A program made the position numbers and the translations under genes. From an uncultured Actinomycetes bacterium (lineage in GTDB: Bacteria > Actinomycetota > Thermoleophilia > Gaiellales > Gaiellaceae), in contig CAVXVO010000004.1 of the NCBI GenBank assembly GCA_963765295.1, positions 349,059 through 413,058 on the forward strand: a stretch of 64,000 nt of DNA, in the 5' to 3' direction. Of the stretch, positions 17,208 to 27,212 are shown one piece after another (the stretch's first letter is position 1; each line of letters opens with the position of its first letter). The notes under the pieces are model-generated. The model worked only from the letters and a program-made list of their open reading frames with translations, made no database searches and was not told the origin of the DNA.

Positions 17208-19601
17208 TCAGAGGTAGCTGTGGCGCTGGAGCCAGCGGAAGGCGAAGAAGCCCCAGATCGGCGGTAGGTAGAACGTCGCCAGCCGATACATGATGATCGC
17301 GGCGGCCGCGGCCGAGCTCGTCATGCCGGCGGAGGTGAGCCCGACCTCGAGCCCGAACTCGACGACGCCGATCCCGCCTGGCACCGGGATGAAGCTCGAG
17401 AAGAGCGAGATTCCCGAGTTGATCACGATCAGCTGGTTGAGCGGGATGTGGTACCCGAGGCCCCGGCACATCAGGCCGAGCGCCGTGGCGAACAGGACCT
17501 CGGTGGCGAGATTGCCGCCGATCAGCAGCAGGAGCTTGTTCGAGGCGCGGAGCGCGCCCAGGGCGCTCTTGACCTGCGGCAGCCAGACCCGCAGCCGGTC
17601 GACGACCGCCCGCCGGAGCCGGGGGACGACCACGACGACGAGCACGACGACGACCGCGATCCCGATGATGATCCAGAGCAGGGTCAGCGAGCTGGAGCCG
17701 GGCGCGGACAGGCCGAGCGAGAGGTCGGCGCTCGTGAACATGACCAGCACGAGCACGAGCACGGCCTGGAGGACGTTCCCCGCGAACGACTCGATCACTC
17801 CGGCCGTGACTGCCGCGGCCGCCGTCAGTCCCTGGCGCTGGAAGAAGCGGATGTCGACCGCCATCCTGGCCACGCTCGAGGGCACCGCGAGGTTGAGGTA
17901 CGACGTGGCCAGCTGCAGGACGTAGACCGGACCGAACCGGAGCTTGGCGGCGATCGACCCGAGCGCCGCGACGGCCTGCGTGAGTCGAGGCACCTGGGCG
18001 AACACGACGCCGAAGACGAGCCAGCCCCAGGTGGCGTCGGACAGATCGGTCTTCAACTGGCTGTAGTCGACGTTGCCCGCGACCTTGAGCACGGCGGCGA
18101 CCGCCAGCACGAGCAGGGCGATCTGGATGACCGAGCCCCAGGTCACGCGCCGGAGCTTGGCGAGCTCCGGCTCGGGAGCGCCGACCGCCGCCGCCGTCGC
18201 GTTTCGCAGCTCGTCGGTGTCGATCCCCCCCGCCTTGAGCGCGCTTCGCAGCGGACCGGCGAACGTCGGCGGCTGCAGATACGGGAGCAGATCGGCGACC
18301 GTGCCGGCACCGAGGGCGTCGACGGCCGCCTCGATCGCCCGTTCGCTTCCGACGACTGCCGCCGTCGACGCGAGCAGCTGGGCGCAATCGCTCTGCAGCT
18401 GGTCGGGCGTCGGCGTGACCGTTGCCTGACCGAAGTCGATCAGCCCCGCTTCGCCGTCGACGAGCGCGACGGTCGAGGGCGAGATCTCCCGATGCGCGAT
18501 GCTGCTGTCGCGGAGAGACGCGAGCGCATGCCAGAAGCGTCCGAGCGCCTCCCGGTCGGGGTCGGGTAGCTCCGACAGCGGCCGGACGGCTCCTCGCAGC
18601 ACGAGCAAGGCGTCTCCTCCCACCGTCGCCCCCGCCTTGACGAGCTTCCGGGTCGGCACGCCGGCGTCGATCGCGAGCAGCGTGACGAACGCCTCGTGCT
18701 CGACGGCCTGGACGCGGCTCAGCCCCGGCGCAGGGCCGCCGTCCTGGTACCACAGCTTTCGCCAGAAGGTCGCGAGGAGCTGGTTGTCGTAGGCGTTCCG
18801 GCCGTACACCTTGACGACGAGCGGCTGTCCGCGCTCGTCCTTCGCCTCCAGCTCGAAGACGCCCGCGACCTGACGCCGTGCCGCCTCGAGCCCGGTCGCG
18901 CGAACCCCGAGCTCCTGAAGGGCCGCCGCGACGTCCGCCACTCCCGGACGGCCGAGCGAGGTGCCGAACGCGAGCCGAACGGAGGCGGCGGCGGCAACCG
19001 CGACCAGGATCGCCGCCAGGGTTCCGCTCGGGACCGTCGGGTGCAGGACCAGGCCGCCGAGCAGCCCGAGCCCGAGGAGCCAGTGCCCGACCCGCTCCAG
19101 CCTGCGAACGAGCTGGGCGCCGACCGTGAGGACGACCGCACCCGCCTCGGCCACCCTGACGACGGGGAAGGACGGGGAGCGGGACCCGCCCAGGATCGCC
19201 CGGCCGATGTCGGGCCAGTGGCCAAGCGCGAGCCGGGTCGACACGATCGCGAGCACCGCGGCGGCGACGAACGACGCCAACGCCAGCACGACGACCCGGC
19301 CGCGACGGCTGATACCGACGAGGACGACGAGGACGATCGCCCACAGGGCGAGCAGGTCGAAGAGGAATCGCCAGACCGGATCGAGCCAGTCCGGGAAGCT
19401 GCCTAGGAACGCCGCGAAGGTTCGCTCGAACGGGCCGGGCGGGTAGGCGACGACGAGGAGGCCGAGCCCGGCCAGTGCCGCAACGAGGACGAGCACGTCG
19501 GTCGCGCGGCGTGACGTGGGGCCGCTCGACGGCGACGAGTAGAAGCCGCCCCACCGTGACGAGGCGACCGCCTCGCCCTGTCTGTCAGGGCCTGAGCTCA
19601 C
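17208..19601 (-). CDS. large membrane protein: N-terminal TM block, central kinase-like domain, C-terminal UPF0104/MprF-flippase-like TM domain
   Basis: 797 aa. The C-terminal about 330 aa resemble lysyl-phosphatidylglycerol-synthase TM (flippase-like) domains (GNLATEVLFATALG...IPVPGGIGVVE). The central soluble part has a kinase-like HREISPSTVALVDGEAGLIDFG. Confidence 0.7.
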   Translation of the reverse strand: MSSGPDRQGEAVASSRWGGFYSSPSSGPTSRRATDVLVLVAALAGLGLLVVAYPPGPFERTFAAFLGSFPDWLDPVWRFLFDLLALWAIVLVVLVGISRRGRVVVLALASFVAAAVLAIVSTRLALGHWPDIGRAILGGSRSPSFPVVRVAEAGAVVLTVGAQLVRRLERVGHWLLGLGLLGGLVLHPTVPSGTLAAILVAVAAAASVRLAFGTSLGRPGVADVAAALQELGVRATGLEAARRQVAGVFELEAKDERGQPLVVKVYGRNAYDNQLLATFWRKLWYQDGGPAPGLSRVQAVEHEAFVTLLAIDAGVPTRKLVKAGATVGGDALLVLRGAVRPLSELPDPDREALGRFWHALASLRDSSIAHREISPSTVALVDGEAGLIDFGQATVTPTPDQLQSDCAQLLASTAAVVGSERAIEAAVDALGAGTVADLLPYLQPPTFAGPLRSALKAGGIDTDELRNATAAAVGAPEPELAKLRRVTWGSVIQIALLVLAVAAVLKVAGNVDYSQLKTDLSDATWGWLVFGVVFAQVPRLTQAVAALGSIAAKLRFGPVYVLQLATSYLNLAVPSSVARMAVDIRFFQRQGLTAAAAVTAGVIESFAGNVLQAVLVLVLVMFTSADLSLGLSAPGSSSLTLLWIIIGIAVVVVLVVVVVPRLRRAVVDRLRVWLPQVKSALGALRASNKLLLLIGGNLATEVLFATALGLMCRGLGYHIPLNQLIVINSGISLFSSFIPVPGGIGVVEFGLEVGLTSAGMTSSAAAAAIIMYRLATFYLPPIWGFFAFRWLQRHSYL

Positions 19602-21828
19602 GGAGCCGCTGGTAGACGAGGAAGACAGCGAGGCCGACGAGGAGAGCGACGAACAGGAGCTTCCAGTAGTGGAGGAAGAGGACGATGACGGCGATCAGAG
19701 CCAGTATCACAGCGACCTGGTTGGCGGTCCGCAGGAACGTGCCCCTGAGCACCGACTCCCCGATCACGAAGGCGACCACGATCACGACCAGCAGCGCCCA
19801 GACCTTGTCCGGTACGACCAGGATCACGACGGCCAGCCCCACGAGCAGCGCGCTCAGAGAGATCGCCGCCCACACCTCTGCGGCCCGGTCGAAGCGCATC
19901 TGGGCAGGGGAAACCGGCTCGGCGGCGTTCCTGATGTGCGCCCGCGCATCGTCCGCCCGACCTGTCCGCCGGCGCTCGATCCGCCGCTCGAGACCCTCGA
20001 GGACGGCCGCGCTGGCCGACCGCTCCATGCGCAGGCCGGTCAGGCTCGCCGCCTCCTCCGCGACGAGCGCGTCCAGCCTCGTCGCCTCCACAGCGAGGTG
20101 CGGGCTTCCGTGCAGACTGCGGATCCGGACGCCGAGCTCCTGGAGCGTCGAGGTCGCCTCCGGGATCAGCCGGTCGAGCTCCTCCTGACGAGCCTGGAGC
20201 GACGCGCGCTCGCCTTCGAGCGCTTCGAGCTCGCGCGGCGGCGGTGGCACCTGGTCGAGCTCTGCGAATCCGAGCGGGTCGAACCACGAGTGGCGCGGCA
20301 GGCCGTCCCGCTCGTACATCGGGCCGGCCGGTGCGTTCTCACCGGAGATCGGGTCGCGCGCGAACAGGCCCCAGAGCCCGTGGTACCTGCTCGCCCACGG
20401 TGTCTCCTCGTCGATCACGTTGGGGCTCCACTCGTTCTCATGCCCCGGCCCGACCGCGACACCGTCGCCCCGGGCGAAGTCGATGAAGGGAATCCGGAGC
20501 GGGTTGCCGGTCTCGACGGTCTGGCCCAGTGTCGTCCGCCAGAACCTGCTCAGCGCACGGCTCAGGCCCCGCAACCGCACAGGGGTCGGCACCGACACCT
20601 CCGCCTGGTACTCCCCCGCCCTGAAGTACGCGGCATGGGATCCGGCGCCCGCGTACACGACCGGATGCTGGCCCTCGACCTCGAGGTCGACGCGATCGTC
20701 CCACCGGCGACGGAGATCGGCCCCGTGGTAGTCGTGCGACGCGTACGCGACCCACTCGGGGAGGAGCCGGTCGCCGTCCGCGTACAGGTAGACCGAGATC
20801 ATCTCCCAGTCGGACTCGTGGTCGTTGACCCCGTTGAAACCGGAGCGCCACGGGTTGTACGCGAAGAAGAACCAGTACTGGCAGATCGTCCAGCCGCCCT
20901 GCCGCACGACCCGTCCCTGGTACGCGTAGCGCGGATCCTGCTCGTGGATCGCCGCGTACTTCAGCGCCGCGGCCGCGGCGGTCGCACTCGGAACCGTCCC
21001 GCGGAGGAGCAGGGAGAGCGAGAACAGCCCGTCCGCGAGCCTCGGCAGCAGGCCGCCGCGGGCGAGCCGGCCGACTCCCGCGCGGAACTCGCTTCCCTGC
21101 TGCTTCGTCAGGCGGCGCTCACCGGCGAGAGCCTGGGCGCTCTCCTGGAGACCCTGTGGACCGACGAACCTCAGGTAGAACAGCGCGCCGAACGGCGCGT
21201 CGCGCTGCTCGACGAGACCGTCCGGGGTCAACGCGCCCTCGGTGACGATCTCCTTGTCGGAACCGTCCGGGAAGTGGAGCCAGAGGCTGCATCGCCGCAC
21301 GTAGGGCTCGACGTCCATGGGGAAGAACTTCTCGCCCTGCGTGTAGTGCACGATCGGCTCGAACGCCCTCAGGAGCTCGAGGTCGGTCGCCGTCGACTCG
21401 ATCCCGGCCGGCTTCGCCGAGTCGCCCGCCTGCCCGGGAACGGGGTCGGCGGGTGGGAGACGGGTTCCGAACGCCAGCTGCACCCCGATGGGCGTCAGCA
21501 TGAAGACCACGAAGGCGTCGAGCGCCATCGCCAGATGGTCCGGATGATCGAAGAAGAACTCGCGCAGCAGCTCGTTCATCAGGCCGACCACCGCCCAGGA
21601 CATCAGGGCCGCCCATGCCCAGCGGCGCATCCGCAAGGCCCCGAGGCCGAAGAGGATCGCAGCGACGCCGAGGACGATCAGCGTGGCTCCCGCCGCGGTC
21701 CCGCTCGAGTCCGCTCGGTCGACGACGCCGAGCACGCCGCGGCCGATGTCGTAGGCACCCACCGACAGCGCGACGCCGGCGACCAGCGTCACGCTCACCG
21801 GCCGCTGCGGGAGCTCGTGGGTTTCCAA
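19585..21828 (-). CDS. membrane-anchored Vps62/DUF946-like domain protein with coiled coil
   Basis: 747 aa. Motifs FEPIVHYTQGEKFFPMDVEPYV and QYWFFFAYNPW...NDHESDWEMISVYL...YASHDYHG match the Vps62-type pattern. It has N- and C-terminal TM segments. Its stop overlaps the downstream gene by 17 nt. An alternative GTG start lies at 21798. Confidence 0.65.
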   Translation of the reverse strand: METHELPQRPVSVTLVAGVALSVGAYDIGRGVLGVVDRADSSGTAAGATLIVLGVAAILFGLGALRMRRWAWAALMSWAVVGLMNELLREFFFDHPDHLAMALDAFVVFMLTPIGVQLAFGTRLPPADPVPGQAGDSAKPAGIESTATDLELLRAFEPIVHYTQGEKFFPMDVEPYVRRCSLWLHFPDGSDKEIVTEGALTPDGLVEQRDAPFGALFYLRFVGPQGLQESAQALAGERRLTKQQGSEFRAGVGRLARGGLLPRLADGLFSLSLLLRGTVPSATAAAAALKYAAIHEQDPRYAYQGRVVRQGGWTICQYWFFFAYNPWRSGFNGVNDHESDWEMISVYLYADGDRLLPEWVAYASHDYHGADLRRRWDDRVDLEVEGQHPVVYAGAGSHAAYFRAGEYQAEVSVPTPVRLRGLSRALSRFWRTTLGQTVETGNPLRIPFIDFARGDGVAVGPGHENEWSPNVIDEETPWASRYHGLWGLFARDPISGENAPAGPMYERDGLPRHSWFDPLGFAELDQVPPPPRELEALEGERASLQARQEELDRLIPEATSTLQELGVRIRSLHGSPHLAVEATRLDALVAEEAASLTGLRMERSASAAVLEGLERRIERRRTGRADDARAHIRNAAEPVSPAQMRFDRAAEVWAAISLSALLVGLAVVILVVPDKVWALLVVIVVAFVIGESVLRGTFLRTANQVAVILALIAVIVLFLHYWKLLFVALLVGLAVFLVYQRLRELRP

Positions 21829-21901
21829 GCCGCAGAGCCTAAACCGCCGAGCGACCGGCTACGGACGAGCCCCGGGGCGTCGTTGTGTAGCGTCAGCCCG
21901 G

Positions 21902-22396
21902 ATGGCCGCCGGGCACTTCCTCACCGCACCGCGGGCCTCGCACGCGGTCTACGGGTCGATCATCGTGCTCGCCGTCATCACCGGGCTCGACGAGGCGTCG
22001 GCGACGTCGCGCGAATGCCTGGTCGCAGTCGTGGGGCTCGCGATCGCGGTCGGCCTGTCCCAGATCTACTCCGACATGATCGCCGCGACGTTCCACGAGC
22101 AGCGCACCCTGCGGCGCGACGAATGGCTGGAGATCAGCGCCAACGTCGCATTCGGCTTCGGAGCGGCGCTCCTGCCGGCGATCTTCTTCGTCCTCGCGTC
22201 CGTCGGCGTGCTGAGCCTCGGCCACGCGTTCTCGATCGCCGAGTGGACGGGGATCGGGGTGATCTGGATCTACGTGTTCGCCGCAGCCCGCGCCACCGGG
22301 CTCCCGCTCGTGCGCTCGCTGGTGTGGTCGGTCGCACTGACCGCGTGCGGGGTCGGCCTGGTCGAGCTCAAGCTCCTGGCGCACCCCTCGGGCTAG
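21902..22396 (+). CDS. hypothetical polytopic membrane protein
   Basis: 164 aa with 4-5 hydrophobic helices. No family was recognised. Confidence 0.55.
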   Translation: MAAGHFLTAPRASHAVYGSIIVLAVITGLDEASATSRECLVAVVGLAIAVGLSQIYSDMIAATFHEQRTLRRDEWLEISANVAFGFGAALLPAIFFVLASVGVLSLGHAFSIAEWTGIGVIWIYVFAAARATGLPLVRSLVWSVALTACGVGLVELKLLAHPSG

Positions 22397-22400
22397 AAGC

Positions 22401-23087
22401 TCAGGGCGCGAACGGCAGGGTCGCGATCTCGACCGCGGCGTAGATGATGAGGATCGCGCCGACGCCGAGCAGGGCGAGACGGATGCCGCGCATGCGGAAG
22501 TGCGTCGAGATGCCGACGAGGAAGAGCACGCTCGCGAGGATGACGGTCGTCCGCACGTAGTCGTCCGCGGTGTGTCCTGCCTCCTGGCCCTTCGCGTACT
22601 CGTGGTCTGCCTGGGCGTCGAGGACGACCGACTCCTTCGCGCCCGTCGCGTGGTACTGCGGCATCGACTGGGGGCCCGGCGGCGCATTCGGGTTCGTGAA
22701 CGGGTGCGTCTTGATCCAGGCGTCGAACGCGACCTTGAGCTCGGGAAGGAAGCGCTTCTCCGCCACGCGGATCGCGTTCTTGTCCCCGGTCTGGTGGGCT
22801 CCGAGCCACGCGTTCATCGCCAAGCCGTCGCCAACCCGGTAGGTGAGCGACTCCTGGAACTCGCGGTTGGCCTTCGTCCGTGTCGCCGATGCCTTGGCGA
22901 GGTGGAGCGACGACTCGGTGCCCCACTTGGCAGCCGAGTAGCCCGACCAGGCGGCGACGATCGTGACGAGGGCGAGCATGAACGCCTCGGCGATCGTGAT
23001 CGCACGGTCGCGATCGTGCTGCGTGTGCTTCGCGTGCTCGCCGAGCTCCTTGCCGACCTCCGTGGCCGAGAGCCCGCCCTCAGCCAC
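22401..23087 (-). CDS. hypothetical membrane protein (DUF4337-like)
   Basis: I chose GTG at 23087 (VAEGGLSATEVGKELGEHAKH...). It has a TM helix near the N-terminus and two at the C-terminus. The track ORF extension (to 23273) is Ser/Thr/Arg-rich nonsense. Confidence 0.55.
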   Translation of the reverse strand: MAEGGLSATEVGKELGEHAKHTQHDRDRAITIAEAFMLALVTIVAAWSGYSAAKWGTESSLHLAKASATRTKANREFQESLTYRVGDGLAMNAWLGAHQTGDKNAIRVAEKRFLPELKVAFDAWIKTHPFTNPNAPPGPQSMPQYHATGAKESVVLDAQADHEYAKGQEAGHTADDYVRTTVILASVLFLVGISTHFRMRGIRLALLGVGAILIIYAAVEIATLPFAP

Positions 23088-24675
23088 GCGGTCCGTTCCG
23101 CATCGACGCGGGCCAGATGCCGTGCCGCCCCGGCATGAGGATGCCGTTCGGGTCGAGGGCGTCCTTGATCGTCTCCGTGAACCGCTTGTACGCGTGGTCG
23201 TTGAACGAGTACTGGTCGGACGCGAGATCCATGAAGTCGAGGTGCGCGCGGTACTCGCCGTAGCCCTGCTCACCGGCCTCGCGCACGAGCAGCTTGCAGG
23301 CGTCGTAGGCGCCGCGCACCTGCTCCTCGTTCGTCGTGTCGAAGATGACCATCGTGATGTGGACGAAGCTGCGGGCGTTGATCGGCAGCAGCGCGGCCAG
23401 GTAGTCGAGGTTCGCCTTCCTCTCGATCCGGTCGCGCAGGAGCCCGCAGACCTCGACGGCGTCCTTGCCCGTCATCGGCGCCACCGGCGAGAACCCGACG
23501 TGGCCGCCCTCCTCGCCGCCGTACCAGCCGGTCATCGTGTTGATGCCGAGGTTGGGGATGCCGATCTCGACCAACTCGACGGGATGCTCGATCCTGTCGT
23601 ACTCGTCGGGCGCGTACTTGGTGCCCCACACGTCGGCTCCCTCGATCCGCGAGAACGCCTCCTGCACGCGCTTGAACTTGAGGTCGACGATGTCCTCGTG
23701 GCCGTAGATGGCGAAGCGCATGATCCAGCGGCCGATCTCCAGCTCGCGCGCGATCCGATCGATCACGTCGTCCGGGATCGGCTCGTCCCCCGCGTGCCAC
23801 TTCGAGCGTCCCTCGGTCGTCAGGACGGCGGCGAGCAGGAGCGTGTTCAGCACCTGCGGCACGCCCTCGACGTCCCTGGCCAGCATCAGCTCGCGAAGCG
23901 TGTCGATCACCTGCGGGAGATCGGTGTCCTTCCAGACCCGGAGCCAGCACGGCATGTAGCACTCCGGCGTCGGCATCAGCCAGACGCCCATCTTCGTGAC
24001 GATCCCGTAGTTCGACTGCATGAACATCTGGTCAGGCGTCGGGCCGAGACCGCGCTTGTAGACATGCGCCGCCTTGCCGTTCGGAATCGCCCAACCGCCC
24101 GTCCGCATCAGCTCGCCGTCCGGGAGGACCACCTCCATCCCGCACTGCATCATCTGGTCCTGGCCGTAGGGCAGGTAGGTGATGCCGTGGTCGAGCGTGT
24201 TGCCGACGACGCTGCCCCAGCCGAGGTCGGCCACCGAGAGCCGCAGCTTGTGGCCCCCGGCCTCGATCGCGTCGTAGAGGTCGAACCACCTGACGCCCGG
24301 CTCGACGACGGCGTAGCCGAGCTCCCCGTCGATGTGCAGCACGCGGTTCATCCGCCGCAGATTGACCACGACCGAGCCGCGCACCCGCGGCGACGAGCCG
24401 CCGTACCCGTTGTTCCTGCCGACTCCGGAGACCCACAGCGGCACGCGGTGCTCGTTCGCGATCCGGACGATCGCCTGGACCTCCTCGACAGACTCGGGCT
24501 GGACGACGGCCGAGGCCTCGTAGTCGTCCCAGTCGCGGAACCAGAAGGGATCGCGGAACTCGGCCATGTCCTCCGGTGACGTGAGCACGTGCTCGGAGCC
24601 GACAGTGCGTTCGAACTCCCGGAGGGCGGCGGAGAGCGCGCTTTCCGAGACCGTTGGGGGAAGCGTCAGCGACAC
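23080..24675 (-). CDS. FAD-linked oxidase, vanillyl-alcohol oxidase / p-cresol methylhydroxylase family
   Basis: GTG at 24675 follows GGGAGG. The 531-aa translation has an FAD-binding PCMH domain (VVQPESVEEVQAIVRIANEHRVPLWVSGVGRNNGYGG) and a VAO-type cap/C-terminal domain. Confidence 0.85.
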   Translation of the reverse strand: MSLTLPPTVSESALSAALREFERTVGSEHVLTSPEDMAEFRDPFWFRDWDDYEASAVVQPESVEEVQAIVRIANEHRVPLWVSGVGRNNGYGGSSPRVRGSVVVNLRRMNRVLHIDGELGYAVVEPGVRWFDLYDAIEAGGHKLRLSVADLGWGSVVGNTLDHGITYLPYGQDQMMQCGMEVVLPDGELMRTGGWAIPNGKAAHVYKRGLGPTPDQMFMQSNYGIVTKMGVWLMPTPECYMPCWLRVWKDTDLPQVIDTLRELMLARDVEGVPQVLNTLLLAAVLTTEGRSKWHAGDEPIPDDVIDRIARELEIGRWIMRFAIYGHEDIVDLKFKRVQEAFSRIEGADVWGTKYAPDEYDRIEHPVELVEIGIPNLGINTMTGWYGGEEGGHVGFSPVAPMTGKDAVEVCGLLRDRIERKANLDYLAALLPINARSFVHITMVIFDTTNEEQVRGAYDACKLLVREAGEQGYGEYRAHLDFMDLASDQYSFNDHAYKRFTETIKDALDPNGILMPGRHGIWPASMRNGPRG

Positions 24676-24755
24676 GGGACCTCCCGGCGGGGTTGGTCTG
24701 GACGGAGGCCGCGAGTATATGAGCGGCAGCGCGTATCTAGAGTGGACTGGCCCCG

Positions 24756-25187
24756 ATGGCGCGCTTCGTGACGACGATCGAGTCCACCCTCGCCCCGGCG
24801 GACGCGTTCGCCTACATGGCCGACTTCGCAAACGCCTCGCGCTGGGACCCGAGCGTCGGCCGGGCGGAGCGCGTCGGAGACGGGCCGATCGGCGTCGGCT
24901 CCCAGTTCGACCTCGTGGCCCGGTTCGGAGGCAAGGACGTGCCACTTCGATACGCGGCCGTGGAGCACGAGCCGCCGAGCCGCGTCGTCCTCGAGGCTCG
25001 CCGGCCGGGCTTCACCTCGCGCGACACGATCACGATCGCGCCGGCCGCGGGCGGATCCACCGTCCACTACGACGCGGTGCTCGAGTTCGGCGGCTTCCGC
25101 CGGTTGCTCGACCCGCTCATGAACCTCGTCTTCGCGCGCGTCGGAGCCCGCGCCGCCGCGGGGCTCCGCGCCGAGCTGAACCCGTGA
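24756..25187 (+). CDS. SRPBCC (polyketide cyclase/dehydrase-like) protein
   Basis: 143 aa with MARFVTTIESTLAPADAFAYMADFANASRWDPSV. Its stop overlaps the next start as GTGA. Confidence 0.8.
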   Translation: MARFVTTIESTLAPADAFAYMADFANASRWDPSVGRAERVGDGPIGVGSQFDLVARFGGKDVPLRYAAVEHEPPSRVVLEARRPGFTSRDTITIAPAAGGSTVHYDAVLEFGGFRRLLDPLMNLVFARVGARAAAGLRAELNP

Positions 25188-26179
25188 GCGCCGCGCCGGG
25201 CGCCGGACTCGTCGACTCGCTGCTGGAGGTGACCGTCGTCGGGAGCTTCACGAGGATCGGCTTCCACGCCCGCCGGCGCCTGTTCCGCTGGACACCGCTC
25301 GCGTCGTTCCGGCTCGACGGCAAGGTCGTCGTCGTGACGGGCGCCACCTCCGGGCTCGGACGCTGGGCTGCCGAGACGATGGCCGGCCAGGGCGCGCAGG
25401 TCTGCATCGTCGGGCGCGACCCGGAGCGGACGGAGCGCGCACGAGCCGAGATCGCGGCGGCCACCGGCTCGGAGGTCGAGACCGAGCTCGCCGACCTCTC
25501 GTCGCTCGCGGAGACGGCCGCGCTCGCCGCACGCTTCGCCGAGCGTCACGACCGTCTCGACGTGCTCGTGCTGAACGCGGGCCTCCTCACGCACGACTTC
25601 ACGCTCACGCCCGAGGGGAACGAGGTGACCCTGGCAACGCATGTCCTGTCGCAGTTCCTGCTCACGGCCGCGCTCCGCCCGCTGCTCGAGGCGGCGGCGC
25701 CGGCGCGCGTGATCAGCACGTCCTCGGGAGGCATGTACACGCAGCCACTCGACGTCTCCGCCCTCCAGCCCGACGCCGGCTCGTACAACGGCACGAAGGC
25801 CTACGCGCGCTGCAAGCGAGCCCAGGTGGCGCTGACGGAGCAGTGGACGCGGCGCCTGCTCGGGACGGGCGTGACCGTCAACGCCATGCATCCCGGCTGG
25901 GCCGACACGCCGGCGATCCGCGACGCGCTTCCCGGCTTCAGCCGGATCGTCGGGCCGCTGCTCAGGACGCCGGGCGAGGGCGCGGACACGATCGTGTGGC
26001 TCGCCTCGGCGTCGGAGCCCGCCGAGCTCAGCGGCCTCTTCTTCCTCGACCGCCGCCAGCGGGCGAAGCACCGCCTCAGCCGCACGCGCCGTCCAGACGA
26101 GGCCGAGGAGTCGGCCCGGCTCTGGCAGCTCTGCGTCGAGCGCACCGCCGCGTTCGCGCCTGCGGATGCCGCTCCGTAA
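25184..26179 (+). CDS. SDR family oxidoreductase
   Basis: GTG at 25184 is in the same frame as the 537-aa track ORF. It has the Rossmann motif VVVVTGATSGLGR, NAG, and the catalytic YxxxK (YARCK). Confidence 0.85.
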   Translation: MSAAPGAGLVDSLLEVTVVGSFTRIGFHARRRLFRWTPLASFRLDGKVVVVTGATSGLGRWAAETMAGQGAQVCIVGRDPERTERARAEIAAATGSEVETELADLSSLAETAALAARFAERHDRLDVLVLNAGLLTHDFTLTPEGNEVTLATHVLSQFLLTAALRPLLEAAAPARVISTSSGGMYTQPLDVSALQPDAGSYNGTKAYARCKRAQVALTEQWTRRLLGTGVTVNAMHPGWADTPAIRDALPGFSRIVGPLLRTPGEGADTIVWLASASEPAELSGLFFLDRRQRAKHRLSRTRRPDEAEESARLWQLCVERTAAFAPADAAP

Positions 26180-26786
26180 CCGCGTCACGCCGCTCGGCGA
26201 GCTCGTCGCCGATCCGGCACGGGGCCTCGTCTACGGCAACCGCGGCTGCCTCCACGACGAGCACGGCCGGATCCGGCGGCGCTACAACGGCAAGCTCTGG
26301 ATCGCCTGCCGGCTCGAGTTCAAGGGCTGGCAGCGCGGGCCGCTCATGCAGCCCGGCCGCTTCACCGAGCTCTTCTTCCTCGACGAGGCGACCGCGTTCG
26401 CCGCCGGGCACCGCCCCTGCGCGCTCTGCCGGCGGGAGGACTACAACCGGTTCACGGAGCTCTTCGGTGCGAGCGGCGCGACCGAGATCAACGAGCGGCT
26501 GCACACCGAGCGGGTCGATCCGGCCACGCGCACCCACCGTCTCCACGCCGCGCCGCTCGACGACCTGCCGGACGGGGCCTTCGTCCTGTACGACGGCGCG
26601 GCGAGGCTCGTGCTCGGCGGCGCGCTGCTCACGTGGACGCCGGGCGGCTACACGGCGCGAACAGCCCGCCCCGTGGGCGGACGGGCGACGCTGATCACGC
26701 CGCCGTCACTCGTCCCCGTGCTCCGTAAGGGCTGGCAGGGAGCGGTCCCGCTCCTGCACCCGTCGGCGTTCGAGCCGGCTACTTGA
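26166..26786 (+). CDS. conserved hypothetical protein
   Basis: 206 aa. ATG at 26166 overlaps the SDR stop region. The composition is protein-like, with a Cys cluster (CALCRRED). The family is unknown. Confidence 0.55.
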   Translation: MPLRNRVTPLGELVADPARGLVYGNRGCLHDEHGRIRRRYNGKLWIACRLEFKGWQRGPLMQPGRFTELFFLDEATAFAAGHRPCALCRREDYNRFTELFGASGATEINERLHTERVDPATRTHRLHAAPLDDLPDGAFVLYDGAARLVLGGALLTWTPGGYTARTARPVGGRATLITPPSLVPVLRKGWQGAVPLLHPSAFEPAT

Positions 26787-27180
26787 GCGGGTTCGTGCCC
26801 GCCATCCAGATGATGACGCGGCTGAACTTCCCCTCGTCGTCGACGTCGAAGAAGTTGCAGTTGTGCATGTCGTTCTTCGTGCCGTCGTTCAGCTCGCCGA
26901 TGTAGCTCTGCTCGGTCGCGACCTTCCCGGCGTCGGGCTCGACGACGATGTTCTTGATCTCGTGGAAGATCGAGACGGAGTTGTTGCAGAAGTCGGTGAA
27001 CATCCGCCGGATCTCGTCCGCCCCGGTGAACACCGCGTTCGCGGTCTGAACCGTCATGACACAGTCGTCGGCGAAGTGGGACAGGATCGCGTCGACGTCC
27101 TGCGCGTCGACGGCCTTGAAGTAGGAGTCGGGCAGGGCTGCGAGCTGCTCCCTCGACAGCCGGGCGGTCTGCGTGGCCAC
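26779..27180 (-). CDS. NTF2-like / SnoaL-type small protein
   Basis: GTG at 27180 follows AAGGAGG. The 133-aa translation includes YFKAVDAQDVDAILSHFADDCVMTV, typical of the SnoaL-like fold. Confidence 0.75.
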   Translation of the reverse strand: MATQTARLSREQLAALPDSYFKAVDAQDVDAILSHFADDCVMTVQTANAVFTGADEIRRMFTDFCNNSVSIFHEIKNIVVEPDAGKVATEQSYIGELNDGTKNDMHNCNFFDVDDEGKFSRVIIWMAGTNPLK

Positions 27181-27212
27181 AAGCGCCTCCTTGGAGTTCG
27201 GGGCCGCCGAGT

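Noticed and set aside
16825-19554. 909-aa ORF on the minus strand (and similar 924-aa ORF at 19669..22443 on the plus strand)
   Set aside because: The translations are Arg/Pro/Gly/Ala-rich and low in complexity. They run out of frame or antisense to genes with clear family signatures (DUF2252, the UPF0104-like gene, the Vps62-like gene). These are typical stop-codon-poor shadow ORFs of very GC-rich DNA.
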